Positions 27,968-38,259 of a stretch of DNA of 64,000 bases are shown one piece after another. The stretch is from Fibrobacterales bacterium. GTDB lineage: Bacteria > Fibrobacterota > Fibrobacteria > Fibrobacterales > JAOPTW01. The notes beneath the pieces were generated by a model that saw only the letters and a program-made list of their open reading frames with translations, was not told where the DNA came from and made no database searches. The translations under genes were made by a program, and so were the position numbers. Location of the stretch: NCBI GenBank assembly GCA_051532035.1, contig JAOPTW010000056.1:1-64000 (forward strand), given 5' to 3'. Each line of letters starts with the position of its first letter. Positions within the stretch are counted from its first letter, which is position 1.

Positions 27968-29162
27968 CGACAATAAATTCCTTTGGCTCAATGCCATCAT
28001 CACTCCAGAGCTTTTCTTCAAGATATTCAACCCGTTCTTCAGTTTTAGGGTCAAATATACGTGAGTGCCAAGAGTCGTATTCGTCACTTAATTTGTTTTT
28101 TAGAATATCAGTCCCGATATTTTCTAGGGCCGACATAAACACCGCATCAGGGAATTTCTCATAGAGATTAATACGAGCGGTTTCATCCAACGCATCAACT
28201 TTATTAAAGACCAAAAGTTGAGGAATATTTTTTTCTGTTATCTCTTTGAGTACCGAAGTGGTCACTTCCATATGGTCATACATATCACTTGCACTTGAAT
28301 CAATAACATGTAAAATAAGGTCAGACTGCGCGGCAATACCAAGGGTACTTCTAAACGAAGCCACCAAGTGGTGAGGAAGTTTTCTAATAAAACCAACAGT
28401 GTCCGAGAGAATCAGACTGCGCTCTGTATCAATAAAGAGTTTTCGTGTAGTACTATCAAGCGTTGCGAAAAGTTTATCTTCTACCAGTACTTTCGCCTTG
28501 GTCAGGAGGTTGGTCAGAGTAGATTTTCCGGCATTAGTGTAACCAACAACACCCACATGAAACTGTGCATTGCGTTTGTTCGCTTGGAGGTTACGAGCCT
28601 TTTCAATCTTCTGTAGCTTCTTTTTGAGGTCTTTAATGCGCTTTTGTACGAGCCGTTTGTCAGTTTCAAGCTGAGTTTCACCAGGGCCACGGGTTCCAAT
28701 ACCACCCACTTGACGGCAGAGGTGTGTCCACATGTTGGTAAGGCGTGGCATGAGGTACTCATGTTGTGCTATCTCAACCATAATTTGCGCTTCAGACGTT
28801 TTGGCGTGTTTCGAAAATATATCGAGAATAATGCCCGAACGGTCTAGTACTTTAACATCGGGTAAACTTGCTTCAATATTACGAATCTGAGATCCCGAGA
28901 GGTCTTCGTCAAAGATAACCAGTTCGGCACAGTGTATGTGACTCAACTGGCGTATCTCTTCAAGCTTTCCTTTGCCCACCAATGTAGATGGGTTGTAGGT
29001 CTTCATGTTTTGAGTAACAATCTCGACCACTTCAGCTTCTGAAGTCTCTGTTAAGCGTTGAAGTTCTGCAAGGTGTTCTCGCATCACTTTAGGGCGGATT
29101 TTACTGGTTGAGATACCGACCAAGATGGCCTTCTCAATAGTTTTTTTTAGCTCTATTCCCAC
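27957..29162 (-). CDS. hflX: GTPase HflX
   Basis: GPGETQLETDKR; GYTNAGKST; LFATLD; DTVGFI; NKVD. Confidence 0.97.
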   Translation of the reverse strand: MGIELKKTIEKAILVGISTSKIRPKVMREHLAELQRLTETSEAEVVEIVTQNMKTYNPSTLVGKGKLEEIRQLSHIHCAELVIFDEDLSGSQIRNIEASLPDVKVLDRSGIILDIFSKHAKTSEAQIMVEIAQHEYLMPRLTNMWTHLCRQVGGIGTRGPGETQLETDKRLVQKRIKDLKKKLQKIEKARNLQANKRNAQFHVGVVGYTNAGKSTLTNLLTKAKVLVEDKLFATLDSTTRKLFIDTERSLILSDTVGFIRKLPHHLVASFRSTLGIAAQSDLILHVIDSSASDMYDHMEVTTSVLKEITEKNIPQLLVFNKVDALDETARINLYEKFPDAVFMSALENIGTDILKNKLSDEYDSWHSRIFDPKTEERVEYLEEKLWSDDGIEPKEFIVDDY

Positions 29163-30940
29163 TCAATGGTTCCTGGGGGTTTATGAGTAATATCATAGAG
29201 AAGGGCACCAAGGCCTACTGCTTCAACTTTTGTCCAAAGTTGATTCAGGAGAGTGCGGTCCATCTCGTAAAAGTTTGCGGTCATTGCTTCAGTTGAACAT
29301 ACAGGGCGAAGTACTGCCACAGGTTTACCATTAGTAGTAAGAGGGAGGAGTACAACGGGCATCTGCCATATTTCATTATAGAGGTCGTTGTCTAAAAGGA
29401 ACTCTGTACATATCGCATCAATCGTTCTCAGAATATCAAGACGATCTCGAGTTGAATACTGTTCGACAAGCTCATAGTGAATTGATGGGTCACTATTGAC
29501 TTGATACACTAAGCGGTTGAGTTCTTTAAAACGGTTGGTGATAGCTGTTGAATTTGTTTCACAATCACGCCAGTCCATTTTATTTTGAATAACAAAAGGT
29601 TGTGCATAAGTACGTGCATCACCTTGAACACCGACACTGTGAATCGGGAGAATTTTTCCTTGAATACCGCTTTGAAGGAGGTAATCGGCAAGGCCTTCTA
29701 TTTGAGGGTTCTCTATATGAGTTCCGTCACTACAAAGAAGACGTACTCCAAGACCGGGGCCTGGGAAGGGGTGTCGCCAAAGAAGTGCATGGGGGATATC
29801 CAGCTTAGCTCCTAAATCGCGAACTTCATCTTTGTAGAGCTCAGCAAGGGGCTCAATCACTTTACCTTGTTCAAGAAGTTCCATAACTTTTGGAACACGG
29901 TTGTGGTGCGTTTTAATAACGTCGGCATTTTTAGTCCCCCCTGATTCAATAGTATCAGGGTAGATAGTGCCTTGTGCCATAATCCACTGTTCAGGATCGA
30001 GGTTCATTCCCTCAATTTCATTATCTTTCACATCAAGAAAGGTGTCACCAATAATTTTCCGTTTTGTCTCTGGCGCAAATTCACCTTTAAGATTTCCGAG
30101 AAAGAGATCAGATGCATCCACAATTTTGAGGTTGTTCATGTTGTGGTCTTTAAGAAAAACATCAACTTCAGCACTTTCATTGAGGCGCATAAGGCCGTTG
30201 TCAATATGGACACCGATTACACGGTCTTGTCCGAGTACTTTATTGAGGAGTACAAAAGCAACCGTAGAATCTACACCACCTGAAACAAGAAGCAGTACAT
30301 TTTTATCACCAACCTGTGCTTTAATTTTATTGCTGATCTCATCAACATACGATGCAGCATCCCAATCTTTTGCACATTCACATATATCAATAAAGTTCTC
30401 AAGTATTTTCATACCAAACTCTGAGTGGGTTACTTCTGGGTGAAACTGAATGCCATAGCTTTTAAGGGTATCGTTTGCCACTGCAGACTGCTCACAGTCA
30501 TCGGTAGAAGCGATGGTAACAAACCCTTCAGCAGGAACACTTACTTTGTCACCATGACTCATCCACATAGGGGAGGAATCTGGCAGATCTTTAAGGAGTG
30601 GGTGTGGATCTTTAGGAACGAGAAGTTGTGAAACACCATACTCTTGAACTTCACCTACTTCAACCGTACCACCAAGTTTTTGGTTGATAAGCTGATGACC
30701 ATAACAGATACCGAGTTTTGGAATAGTGAGATTAATAAGGTCACTATTAAAATCAGGACGATCTTCAGCGTAGACGCTTGAAGGGCCTCCAGAAAAAATA
30801 ATTCCTTTGTAATCCTTAAACGTATCAGCTGATTCAGTAGGGAGAAATATCTCGGAATAGACACCAAGACGACGTACTTTGTTCGCTATTAGGTGTACAT
30901 ATTGACCACCAAAATCGAGAATAGCAATTTTATCTTTCAC
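29153..30940 (-). CDS. guaA: GMP synthase (glutamine-hydrolysing)
   Basis: LDFGGQY; GICYGHQ; QFHPEV; SGGVDS; IKTHHN; HPFPGPGL; KPPGTIEWE. Confidence 0.97.
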   Translation of the reverse strand: MKDKIAILDFGGQYVHLIANKVRRLGVYSEIFLPTESADTFKDYKGIIFSGGPSSVYAEDRPDFNSDLINLTIPKLGICYGHQLINQKLGGTVEVGEVQEYGVSQLLVPKDPHPLLKDLPDSSPMWMSHGDKVSVPAEGFVTIASTDDCEQSAVANDTLKSYGIQFHPEVTHSEFGMKILENFIDICECAKDWDAASYVDEISNKIKAQVGDKNVLLLVSGGVDSTVAFVLLNKVLGQDRVIGVHIDNGLMRLNESAEVDVFLKDHNMNNLKIVDASDLFLGNLKGEFAPETKRKIIGDTFLDVKDNEIEGMNLDPEQWIMAQGTIYPDTIESGGTKNADVIKTHHNRVPKVMELLEQGKVIEPLAELYKDEVRDLGAKLDIPHALLWRHPFPGPGLGVRLLCSDGTHIENPQIEGLADYLLQSGIQGKILPIHSVGVQGDARTYAQPFVIQNKMDWRDCETNSTAITNRFKELNRLVYQVNSDPSIHYELVEQYSTRDRLDILRTIDAICTEFLLDNDLYNEIWQMPVVLLPLTTNGKPVAVLRPVCSTEAMTANFYEMDRTLLNQLWTKVEAVGLGALLYDITHKPPGTIEWE

Positions 30941-30988
30941 ACAAGTTCCATTGTTAGGTTGTTCACTTCGGCTGGGCCGAGGTCGTTG

Positions 30989-32446
30989 TTACTTCTTAGT
31001 GAGGCTCTCTGCTATAGAGACGAGTGAGCGTACTCCCCATCCTGTAGCACCCCAATTGTAATATTTCCACTCTTTGGTTATGAAGGCAGTACCTGCAATG
31101 TCAAGGTGGGCCCAAGTTGCACCTTCAGGTACAAATTCTTGTAAAAAGAGTCCGGCGGTGATTGCTCCAGCCGATTCACTAATATTGCGAAGGTCGGCAA
31201 CTTTATCGTCGAGCTCGTCACGATACTCTTCTTCGAGAGGCATGTGCCAAAACTTTTCACCATTTGCTTTACCAGATTTTAAAATAGTTGTAGCAAATGC
31301 GTCTTTGTTCGAAAAGAGACCAGTCATTTTGGGGCCAATTGCACGGACGATAGCGCCAGTTAAGGTCGCAAGGTCAATAATGTGAGTTGCTCCAATGAGA
31401 CCCGCTTCGGCGAGTCCATCAGTCAGTACAAGGCGACCCTCTGCATCTGTGTTCTCAACCTGAATGGTTTTACCATTTTTCGCTGTAAAAATATCTCCAG
31501 GGAGTGCGGCGTCTTGGCCAGGGCGATTCTCTGCAAGGCATATAACTGCAGATACATTTATAGGGAGCTTAAGCTCTGCGATTGCTTTAAACGCGCCAAG
31601 TACTGTTCCTGCACCACCCATATCCATGCGCATTTCCCACATACTGCCCGCAGGTTTTAAAGAAATCCCACCAGTATCAAAGGTAATGCCTTTACCGACA
31701 AGTGCAAGCTTCGTCGATTTTGGTGCTTTGCTATGAGTATAATTGAGTGTTACCATGTAAGGGTCGTTTGGACTCCCTTTTCCCACAGTAATAAGTCCGT
31801 TAAAGCCTTCTTTCGCAAGTGCTTTTTTGTCTCGTATCGAGATCTCAATACTATCGGTTGCAGCGGCGAGTTTTTTAGCGCGTGCAACAAAATCTTTTGG
31901 AGTAAGACTTGAACCTGGTTCATTGATGAGGTCTCGTGTAACAGTAGCGCCAAGGCTGAGCGTCATTTCACGATCAACAATTTTTTGTAAGTGCCGTTTC
32001 TCTGATCCGTCGACATAGAGTACAAGGGTTACTGTTTGTTGTTCTGTAGGTTCTGACTTATATCCTGTAAAGCTGTATCCGCCGGTGAGGAAGCCTTGAC
32101 AGAGTGCTGAGAGGGCTTCATCTTTAATTTTAGGCAGCACTAACGCGATAGAATCATGTTTTCTTTTTTGAGCAAAACCAGAAACGTGGTAGGCGGCAAT
32201 TCTGAGGTGCTCTGTAGTGTCAAGACCTTTGGGTTCAGCAATTTCATGAATAATAGTTTCAGGAGCTCCTTGAAGAACTTGTGTGCCACTGAGTCTACTT
32301 TCTTCGAGCTGTTTGATTATTTCTTTTGATTCTGATGATACATGAGCACTAGGAGTTGAGAGCTGTACACTCCCTTTTTTACAAAAAATCACCAGTGGTT
32401 CTGCTATGGATTTTGCTTGAGCTATTGTTCTGAGTTCAATGTTCAT
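30989..32446 (-). CDS. pepA: Leucyl aminopeptidase (M17)
   Basis: VGKGITFDTGG; DMGGA; NTDAEGRL; ATLTGA; HLDIAG. Start reassigned to MNIELR after SD AGAGG. Confidence 0.93.
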   Translation of the reverse strand: MNIELRTIAQAKSIAEPLVIFCKKGSVQLSTPSAHVSSESKEIIKQLEESRLSGTQVLQGAPETIIHEIAEPKGLDTTEHLRIAAYHVSGFAQKRKHDSIALVLPKIKDEALSALCQGFLTGGYSFTGYKSEPTEQQTVTLVLYVDGSEKRHLQKIVDREMTLSLGATVTRDLINEPGSSLTPKDFVARAKKLAAATDSIEISIRDKKALAKEGFNGLITVGKGSPNDPYMVTLNYTHSKAPKSTKLALVGKGITFDTGGISLKPAGSMWEMRMDMGGAGTVLGAFKAIAELKLPINVSAVICLAENRPGQDAALPGDIFTAKNGKTIQVENTDAEGRLVLTDGLAEAGLIGATHIIDLATLTGAIVRAIGPKMTGLFSNKDAFATTILKSGKANGEKFWHMPLEEEYRDELDDKVADLRNISESAGAITAGLFLQEFVPEGATWAHLDIAGTAFITKEWKYYNWGATGWGVRSLVSIAESLTKK

Positions 32447-32584
32447 TATATCTACCTCTAAAAGACTTAGGTTCGAATGTTTCCCAGGGTGAAGACCATG
32501 AGTCAAAAACAATCAAATCCTTATGAAATATATTATTTTACAAGGATTTATAAAGAATTGCAACGAATTGCAGTTATTAGAAAC

Positions 32585-32612
32585 AAAAAAAGGTCAACTT
32601 TGAGTTGACCTT
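32585..32612 (-). terminator. Intrinsic terminator of rpmE
   Basis: AAGGTCAACT-TTG-AGTTGACCTT hairpin with a T-tract on the minus strand. Confidence 0.8.
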
Positions 32613-32634
32613 AAATACTGATTAAAAGAGAATG

Positions 32635-32931
32635 TTATTCTTCGTCTTTCTTACGAGTAACTTCTTTTCTTGTCTTTCTTTTACCTGATGTAATTTTGTC
32701 ATATTTCTTAGCGAAACGGTCAATACGTCCTGCAGTATCGAGTCTATGAACTTTTCCAGTCCAAAATGGGTGAGAGTCTGAAGTCACCTCGCATTGAATA
32801 ATGTAGTGCTCAACACCGTCGATCTCTTTGGTTTCTTTAGAGGTCATGGTTGATTTAGTAGCAAATTCAGCTTTAGTACTAGCATCAATAAAAACTACTG
32901 GGCTGTATGATGGATGTAATCCTTCTTTCAT
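32635..32931 (-). CDS. rpmE: 50S ribosomal protein L31, type B (no Zn ribbon)
   Basis: MKEGLHP; VVFID; SHPFWTG; AGRIDRF. Confidence 0.95.
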   Translation of the reverse strand: MKEGLHPSYSPVVFIDASTKAEFATKSTMTSKETKEIDGVEHYIIQCEVTSDSHPFWTGKVHRLDTAGRIDRFAKKYDKITSGKRKTRKEVTRKKDEE

Positions 32932-33075
32932 ATAAGTATCCGTTAAAGTGTCACGTTTTAATTCGTTGCAAATATAGAACTATTTGACTATTAATCAATG
33001 AATTATTCCAGTGATAGTGAATAAAAAAGGGCTTTTTATTAGCTTTGACCCTTATTAGGGATAATTGTTAGGCGT

Positions 33076-33660
33076 ATGGTTCACTGTTTTCGCAAAAATA
33101 TCAAGATAGGAGTGCTCATAGGCTCTCTTTTAAGTCTTTGTGTATTCATTGGGTGCAGCAGTGACGGTGAGTACGAATTTAAGTCAAAAATGGGTCAAAA
33201 GGTGGTGCTCGAGCAGTTTCCAGATTCCCTCGACCTTGATAGTGCCAAAAAAATCCGACATTACAAACAAGATACCACTCACCGAAAAAAGAAGCTTGAG
33301 ATGGACCTTGAGACTGCTTTGGTAAGAAAGCCTCAGATGAGTGGTTCAAAAAGTGGAACTTCTGGTCAAAAAATTAAAACCAAAAAGTTTATCACAAAGG
33401 AACTTTTTGTTGAGCGCTTCTCTAAACAGATTACAAAAATGAAAAATGATCCTCAGAATAGAGGCTTGTTTATGAGTATTACACCACGCACGAGGATGAG
33501 TATCAAGCAGGTACTCTCAAAACAGTACAATACCTATGCAACCGCCATACCAGATGTGCTCATAAAATATGAGTTAAAAGCACTTAATCCGACAATAGAT
33601 TTTAACGCCATTCCAAAAGGTACTCCTGTGATTATTCCAAGAGTAGACCTTTTTAAGTAG
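33076..33660 (+). CDS. Basic lipoprotein with LysM-like C-terminus
   Basis: FIGC lipobox; ELKALNP...IPKGTPVIIP. Confidence 0.55.
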   Translation: MVHCFRKNIKIGVLIGSLLSLCVFIGCSSDGEYEFKSKMGQKVVLEQFPDSLDLDSAKKIRHYKQDTTHRKKKLEMDLETALVRKPQMSGSKSGTSGQKIKTKKFITKELFVERFSKQITKMKNDPQNRGLFMSITPRTRMSIKQVLSKQYNTYATAIPDVLIKYELKALNPTIDFNAIPKGTPVIIPRVDLFK

Positions 33661-33668
33661 TAGAGTAT

Positions 33669-35234
33669 ATGAGAAAAGAGATAGAAAAACGCAGAACCTT
33701 CGCTATTGTGTCCCATCCGGATGCAGGTAAAACCACTATTACCGAAAAGTTTCTTTGGTATGGTAAGGTCATTCGCGAAGCTGGTCATGTTCGTGCAAAA
33801 CAGAACCGTTCACATACAACTTCTGACTGGATGAAAATTGAACAGCAACGGGGTATTTCGGTTTCGTCATCGGTGCTCAACTTCCCTCATGGAAACTCTC
33901 AGTTTAATCTACTGGATACTCCGGGTCACCAAGACTTTAGTGAAGATACCTATAGAGCACTCACTGCGGTTGACTCTGCTCTGGTACTCCTCGATTCGGT
34001 GAATGGTGTAGAACGACAAACGATTAAATTGATGGATGTGTGTCGACTTCGTAAAACTCCTATTATCACCTTTATCAACAAAATGGATCTCGATGGCAAA
34101 GATGCCATTGATCTTATTGATGAAATTGAAGAAATTTTGAAAATAAAATGTGCCCCATTTTCCCTTCCAATCGGCTACGGAAAGCTTTTTAAAGGGGTCT
34201 ATTCAATTATTGATGACACCCTACATTCATATTCAAAAGATGGAAGTGAGCAAGAGGTAGTACAACTCTCGGGGATTGATGACCCAAAACTAGACGACCT
34301 TTTTGATGAGCGTGATGTAACCGAGCTTCGTGACCGCTACGATCTGGTTACTGGAGTAATGGAGCCTTTTGATCAAGAAGCTTTTTTAAATGGTGATCAG
34401 TGCCCTGTTTTTTATGGCTCTGCCATTGCTAACTTTGGAGTAAAGCAGCTCCTTGATACCTTTGAGCGATTAGCACCACCACCACTTCCTCGTGATACTG
34501 ATGTTCGGGTTGTTGATCCACACGAAGAGAACTTTTCTGGATTTATCTTTAAAATTCAAGCAAATATGGACCCGAAACACCGAGATAGAACGGCTTTTAT
34601 GCGTATCTGTTCGGGTAAATTTGAGCGTGGTTCAAAGGTGATTCATTGTCGTACCGGTAAAAAACTGAGCATGGCAGCTCCAACGTCATTTATGGCTAAA
34701 AATAAAGATATTCTCGATGTTGCCTATGCTGGTGATATTGTTGGAATAAATGATCCAGGAATGTTTAATATAGGTGATACTCTGACTGCAGGCGAAAAAT
34801 TTAAATTTCATGGTATCCCACATTTTGCTCCTGAATATTTTGCCAAAGTTACTCTTGAGAATCCTTTGAAATCGAAGCAGATGAAAAAGGGACTCGATCA
34901 GCTTTCAGAAGAGGGAGCAACCCAGCTTTTTCAACCCATACAGTCGCCTACAGCTATTATTGGAGTTGTTGGAGAATTGCAATTTGATGTTCTAAAACAC
35001 CGATTAGAGTATGAGTATCAAGCTAATGTTATCCTTGATCGATTTAATGTGTTTGAAGCGCGTTGGATTGTAGGGGATAAAGAAGAGATCAAAAAGTTTG
35101 TAAAAGAGTATGGTTTTAATTGTTCAAATGATAAAGAGGGGAACCTAGTCTGTCTCTTTCCTAATGAGTTCAAACTCAACCTTGCTGAGAAAAACTACGA
35201 AGGTCTCACCTTTGAAAAGACAATGGAAAATTAA
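33669..35234 (+). CDS. prfC: Peptide chain release factor 3
   Basis: RRTFAIVSHPDAGKTT; DTPGHQDFSEDTYR; FKIQANMDPKHRDR. Confidence 0.98.
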   Translation: MRKEIEKRRTFAIVSHPDAGKTTITEKFLWYGKVIREAGHVRAKQNRSHTTSDWMKIEQQRGISVSSSVLNFPHGNSQFNLLDTPGHQDFSEDTYRALTAVDSALVLLDSVNGVERQTIKLMDVCRLRKTPIITFINKMDLDGKDAIDLIDEIEEILKIKCAPFSLPIGYGKLFKGVYSIIDDTLHSYSKDGSEQEVVQLSGIDDPKLDDLFDERDVTELRDRYDLVTGVMEPFDQEAFLNGDQCPVFYGSAIANFGVKQLLDTFERLAPPPLPRDTDVRVVDPHEENFSGFIFKIQANMDPKHRDRTAFMRICSGKFERGSKVIHCRTGKKLSMAAPTSFMAKNKDILDVAYAGDIVGINDPGMFNIGDTLTAGEKFKFHGIPHFAPEYFAKVTLENPLKSKQMKKGLDQLSEEGATQLFQPIQSPTAIIGVVGELQFDVLKHRLEYEYQANVILDRFNVFEARWIVGDKEEIKKFVKEYGFNCSNDKEGNLVCLFPNEFKLNLAEKNYEGLTFEKTMEN

Positions 35235-35246
35235 AAGAAAATAACC

Positions 35247-36182
35247 CTATACTTCGCAAATACGAATAGGTTTACTGTCTGAATGTTTCTCTTCATTGTA
35301 GTTGAGAATAATACATTCACTTTTTTTCTGAGCTTCGATGTTGATTATAAGTCTATCAGCAAGTTTACGAGAGATATAGAGGCCGCGGCCATGGGAATCA
35401 AGGAGTCCTTTAGGAAAGCCTTTTTCACCATTAGTTATTTGTCGATCAAGCCAGTAGAGTATTGTTTTTGAGTCGAGTTTTCCACCGTTGTCAATGATAG
35501 CAATACCGTTCTTTTCACTATCTTTTCCGTGCCAGATCTCAATAGCTTCTCCTTCAGGAAGGACAAAGTCACGGTCCCACATGTTTTTCTTTGAACCGTC
35601 TTCACTTTTTGCCCCATAAAAGAGGGCGTTAGTCATAAGCTCGGTTAACACAACTTTGAGTTTATCGATATTGTGTTTAAGTCCATAAAGCTGTGTAAGG
35701 TTTTCGCAAATTTCGTCAATCTGTCTGGGAGATCTGAGCAATATTTTTTTGACTTTAGTACGCTTTTTAAGATACTTCTCAAGCCCAAAGATATCTTTAG
35801 AGATGAGTTTACTCGTTGCATCAATAATTTCAGTAGAGTCAAATGGTTTGGGGACTGGAATGATATTTTCAATTGAGTAATCTTTGATGAGATTCATGTT
35901 GCTCTCAATATTTTCATCAGTCAGAAGCAGTCGACTAGCGGTCGGACATATTTTCCGCGCTTCACTCAAAAGTTTATAGCCATTTGAGTCGGTTAATTTG
36001 ACTTCAGATATGATAAGATCAAAATCTTGGGTTTTAAGTCGCTCCATAGCATTAAAAAAGTTATCCACAACAGTTATGTGATAGCCGTTTTTAATGAAAT
36101 CCTGATGGAGGGATCCCCGTTCAATACCCTTGTTCTCAACGATAAGGATTTTGTTTGTGCTGATTGTTAGATATTCGTGCAC
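35247..36182 (-). CDS. Receiver domain plus HATPase-like (anti-sigma-type) domain protein
   Basis: N-terminal REC fold (DLIISEV, Glu at the usual Asp position); ELMTNALFYG; DNGG; HGRGLY. Confidence 0.7.
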   Translation of the reverse strand: MHEYLTISTNKILIVENKGIERGSLHQDFIKNGYHITVVDNFFNAMERLKTQDFDLIISEVKLTDSNGYKLLSEARKICPTASRLLLTDENIESNMNLIKDYSIENIIPVPKPFDSTEIIDATSKLISKDIFGLEKYLKKRTKVKKILLRSPRQIDEICENLTQLYGLKHNIDKLKVVLTELMTNALFYGAKSEDGSKKNMWDRDFVLPEGEAIEIWHGKDSEKNGIAIIDNGGKLDSKTILYWLDRQITNGEKGFPKGLLDSHGRGLYISRKLADRLIINIEAQKKSECIILNYNEEKHSDSKPIRICEV

Positions 36183-36382
36183 TGTTCCTGACCAACTATT
36201 TCTTTACTACCCGATATTTAAAATATGCATTATGTAAAAGAAAAAGTGGTTTATTTTTACAATGAAGTCTTTTTCCTATATCGAGTTCAGAAGTGTTATT
36301 TTGGGGAATAAATACCTCGATTACGCTCTGCAATGTTATTTTTGGATATAGAGATGGAGACCTTTTTAAAAATGTTGGAGAA

Positions 36383-37216
36383 ATGATGAATGTATTGATA
36401 CTCTGTGCAGGGTATGGCTCTCGACTAGCGCCATTAACTGATAGAATTCCTAAACCCATGGTTAAAATAGCCGATAAGACCGGGCTTGAGATTCAAATTG
36501 AGGGGTGTGCTGGGCTAAATTACTCCAATATGTGTATTAATACACATCATCTTGCCGAACCGCTGCATACCTTTGCAACAGAACTTCCTATTCAAAAGGT
36601 CTTTTTTGAACCAGAAATTTTGGGAACGGGTGGTCCTCTTCATAGAATGTATAATGAGGGCTACACTGATGACCTCTTGGTTATAAACTGCGATATTTAT
36701 CACGATTTTGACCTTCAGAAATTTGTGTCAGAGGCTCAAGGGTCATATTATTCACTCTTATTAATCGATAATGAACAGTTTAATAGTGTCGAGGTGACCG
36801 AAGGTATGGTTACCGGTGTGCGTAAGGTCTTTTCAGAAAAAGAGAGTACTTCCCTTAAAACTTTTTCAGGGGTCTCTTGGTATTCCAAGGAAGCTCTTGC
36901 GGATATACAAAAAGAACATTTTAGCATTGTATCATTTTGGAAAAATGCAGCCTCACACGGTAAGTTTGGTAGAGCTTTAGAAAATAATGAAACAGTGTGG
37001 ATCGACATTGGGACGCCTCAAGGGCTCTATGAGGCATCTTTTGATCGCGCTACGAAAATAGGGGCCCCCCTTGTCAATGGTTCATTAGTAGGGGATAGTG
37101 TACAGCTTCTGGATGATGTTTCTATTAAAGATTCAATTATACTTGATGGCACTATTCTTTCGGGTGATGAATACGATAAGGCAATTGTGGGTGAAGGGAT
37201 CGCATGGCAGCTCTAG
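36383..37216 (+). CDS. Nucleotidyltransferase, MurU-like
   Basis: ILCAGYGSRLAPLTDRIPKP; INTHH; LGTGG; WIDIGTP; adjacent to an AmgK-like kinase. Confidence 0.8.
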   Translation: MMNVLILCAGYGSRLAPLTDRIPKPMVKIADKTGLEIQIEGCAGLNYSNMCINTHHLAEPLHTFATELPIQKVFFEPEILGTGGPLHRMYNEGYTDDLLVINCDIYHDFDLQKFVSEAQGSYYSLLLIDNEQFNSVEVTEGMVTGVRKVFSEKESTSLKTFSGVSWYSKEALADIQKEHFSIVSFWKNAASHGKFGRALENNETVWIDIGTPQGLYEASFDRATKIGAPLVNGSLVGDSVQLLDDVSIKDSIILDGTILSGDEYDKAIVGEGIAWQL

Positions 37217-38178
37217 AAGCCAGAGAATTAAGAGGGGCCTCAGAGTGCATCTCAACCTATTTACACGAAAAAGGAGTTGCAGTGCCTTCTGAGCTTTCTC
37301 TCGCAGGGCAGGCAGCTTCAAGTCGACTCTATTACAGGATTCCCAGTGAATCCATGAGCTATGTATTAATGCAGGCTCCAGAAGTTGATAGTGATTTTGA
37401 TCGGTTTATCGAGATAACCCAGCTGTTACAAAAAAGTGGAGTACGGGTTCCAGAGCTGTATGTTGTGGACAGAGAAAATGCTCAAATGCTGATAGAAGAT
37501 TTGGGCACGGTAATGTTATGGGATAATTGGCAGCATCTTCATGAGGTCGCTCAGTATAAGCAGGCAATAGATGCGTTAATTACATTACAAAAGGCGCCTA
37601 TAACCAGTAGTATGATCTCTGAGCCAAAAACTTTTGACCAAGAGATGCTCGAATGGGAGACGCGTTATTTTACGGAAAATTATCTTACTGTTTATGAGTG
37701 CCTCAGTGATGATGAGCGGCGCAGTCATCGCTGTGAATGTATTGATTTAGCACAAGCAGTCGACTCTCATAAAAAAGTATTTATGCACCGAGATTTTCAA
37801 TCTCAAAATATCATGATTACAGGGGATGAAATTGCCTTGATAGATTATCAAGGAGCGAGAATGGGGAGTTATTGTTATGATCTCGCCTCCCTTGTTTGGG
37901 ATCCTTATTGTACTCTTTCAATAGAGATTGTTGATCAATTGGTACGGTACTATTATGAATCAGCAGAAATAGAATTGCCCTATGCAGAGTTTTATAGGGA
38001 GTTTATTGAAGCGTCGCTCCAGAGAGTTATGCAGGCGTGCGGAGCCTACTCCTTTTTATCCGACACCAAAGAGAAGGTGGAGTATAAAAAGCATTTGCAG
38101 CCTGGTTTAACCATCTTAAAAACAGTTCTTTCTGAGTATGATGGCTTGCCGACTTTAAAAAATATTCTGAGTCGATAA
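37204..38178 (+). CDS. APH-family phosphotransferase, AmgK-like anomeric MurNAc/GlcNAc kinase
   Basis: ASSRLYYR; EDLG; HRDFQSQNIM; IDYQGA; YDLASL. Confidence 0.82.
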   Translation: MAALEARELRGASECISTYLHEKGVAVPSELSLAGQAASSRLYYRIPSESMSYVLMQAPEVDSDFDRFIEITQLLQKSGVRVPELYVVDRENAQMLIEDLGTVMLWDNWQHLHEVAQYKQAIDALITLQKAPITSSMISEPKTFDQEMLEWETRYFTENYLTVYECLSDDERRSHRCECIDLAQAVDSHKKVFMHRDFQSQNIMITGDEIALIDYQGARMGSYCYDLASLVWDPYCTLSIEIVDQLVRYYYESAEIELPYAEFYREFIEASLQRVMQACGAYSFLSDTKEKVEYKKHLQPGLTILKTVLSEYDGLPTLKNILSR

Positions 38179-38209
38179 GTTTTCTAAGGTTCGATTAGTT
38201 GTTTAAAAC

Positions 38210-38246
38210 AAAAAGGCCCCTGAGAATGTTCTCAGGGGCCTTTTTT
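38210..38246. terminator. Bidirectional intrinsic terminator
   Basis: AAAAAGGCCCCTGAGAA-TG-TTCTCAGGGGCCTTTTTT between convergent genes. Confidence 0.9.
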
Positions 38247-38259
38247 ATAGTCTTTGTAT

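Noticed and set aside
27968..28087. N-terminal extensions in the ORF track (aroE; likewise MCP 7724, pepA 32512, murU-like 36293, PPIase 56849)
   Set aside because: They overlap neighbouring genes or promoters; downstream starts fit the RBS and family N-termini better.
29509..31953. Numerous antisense and alternate-frame ORFs within guaA, pepA and other genes
   Set aside because: Shadow ORFs of well-supported genes with no independent signals.
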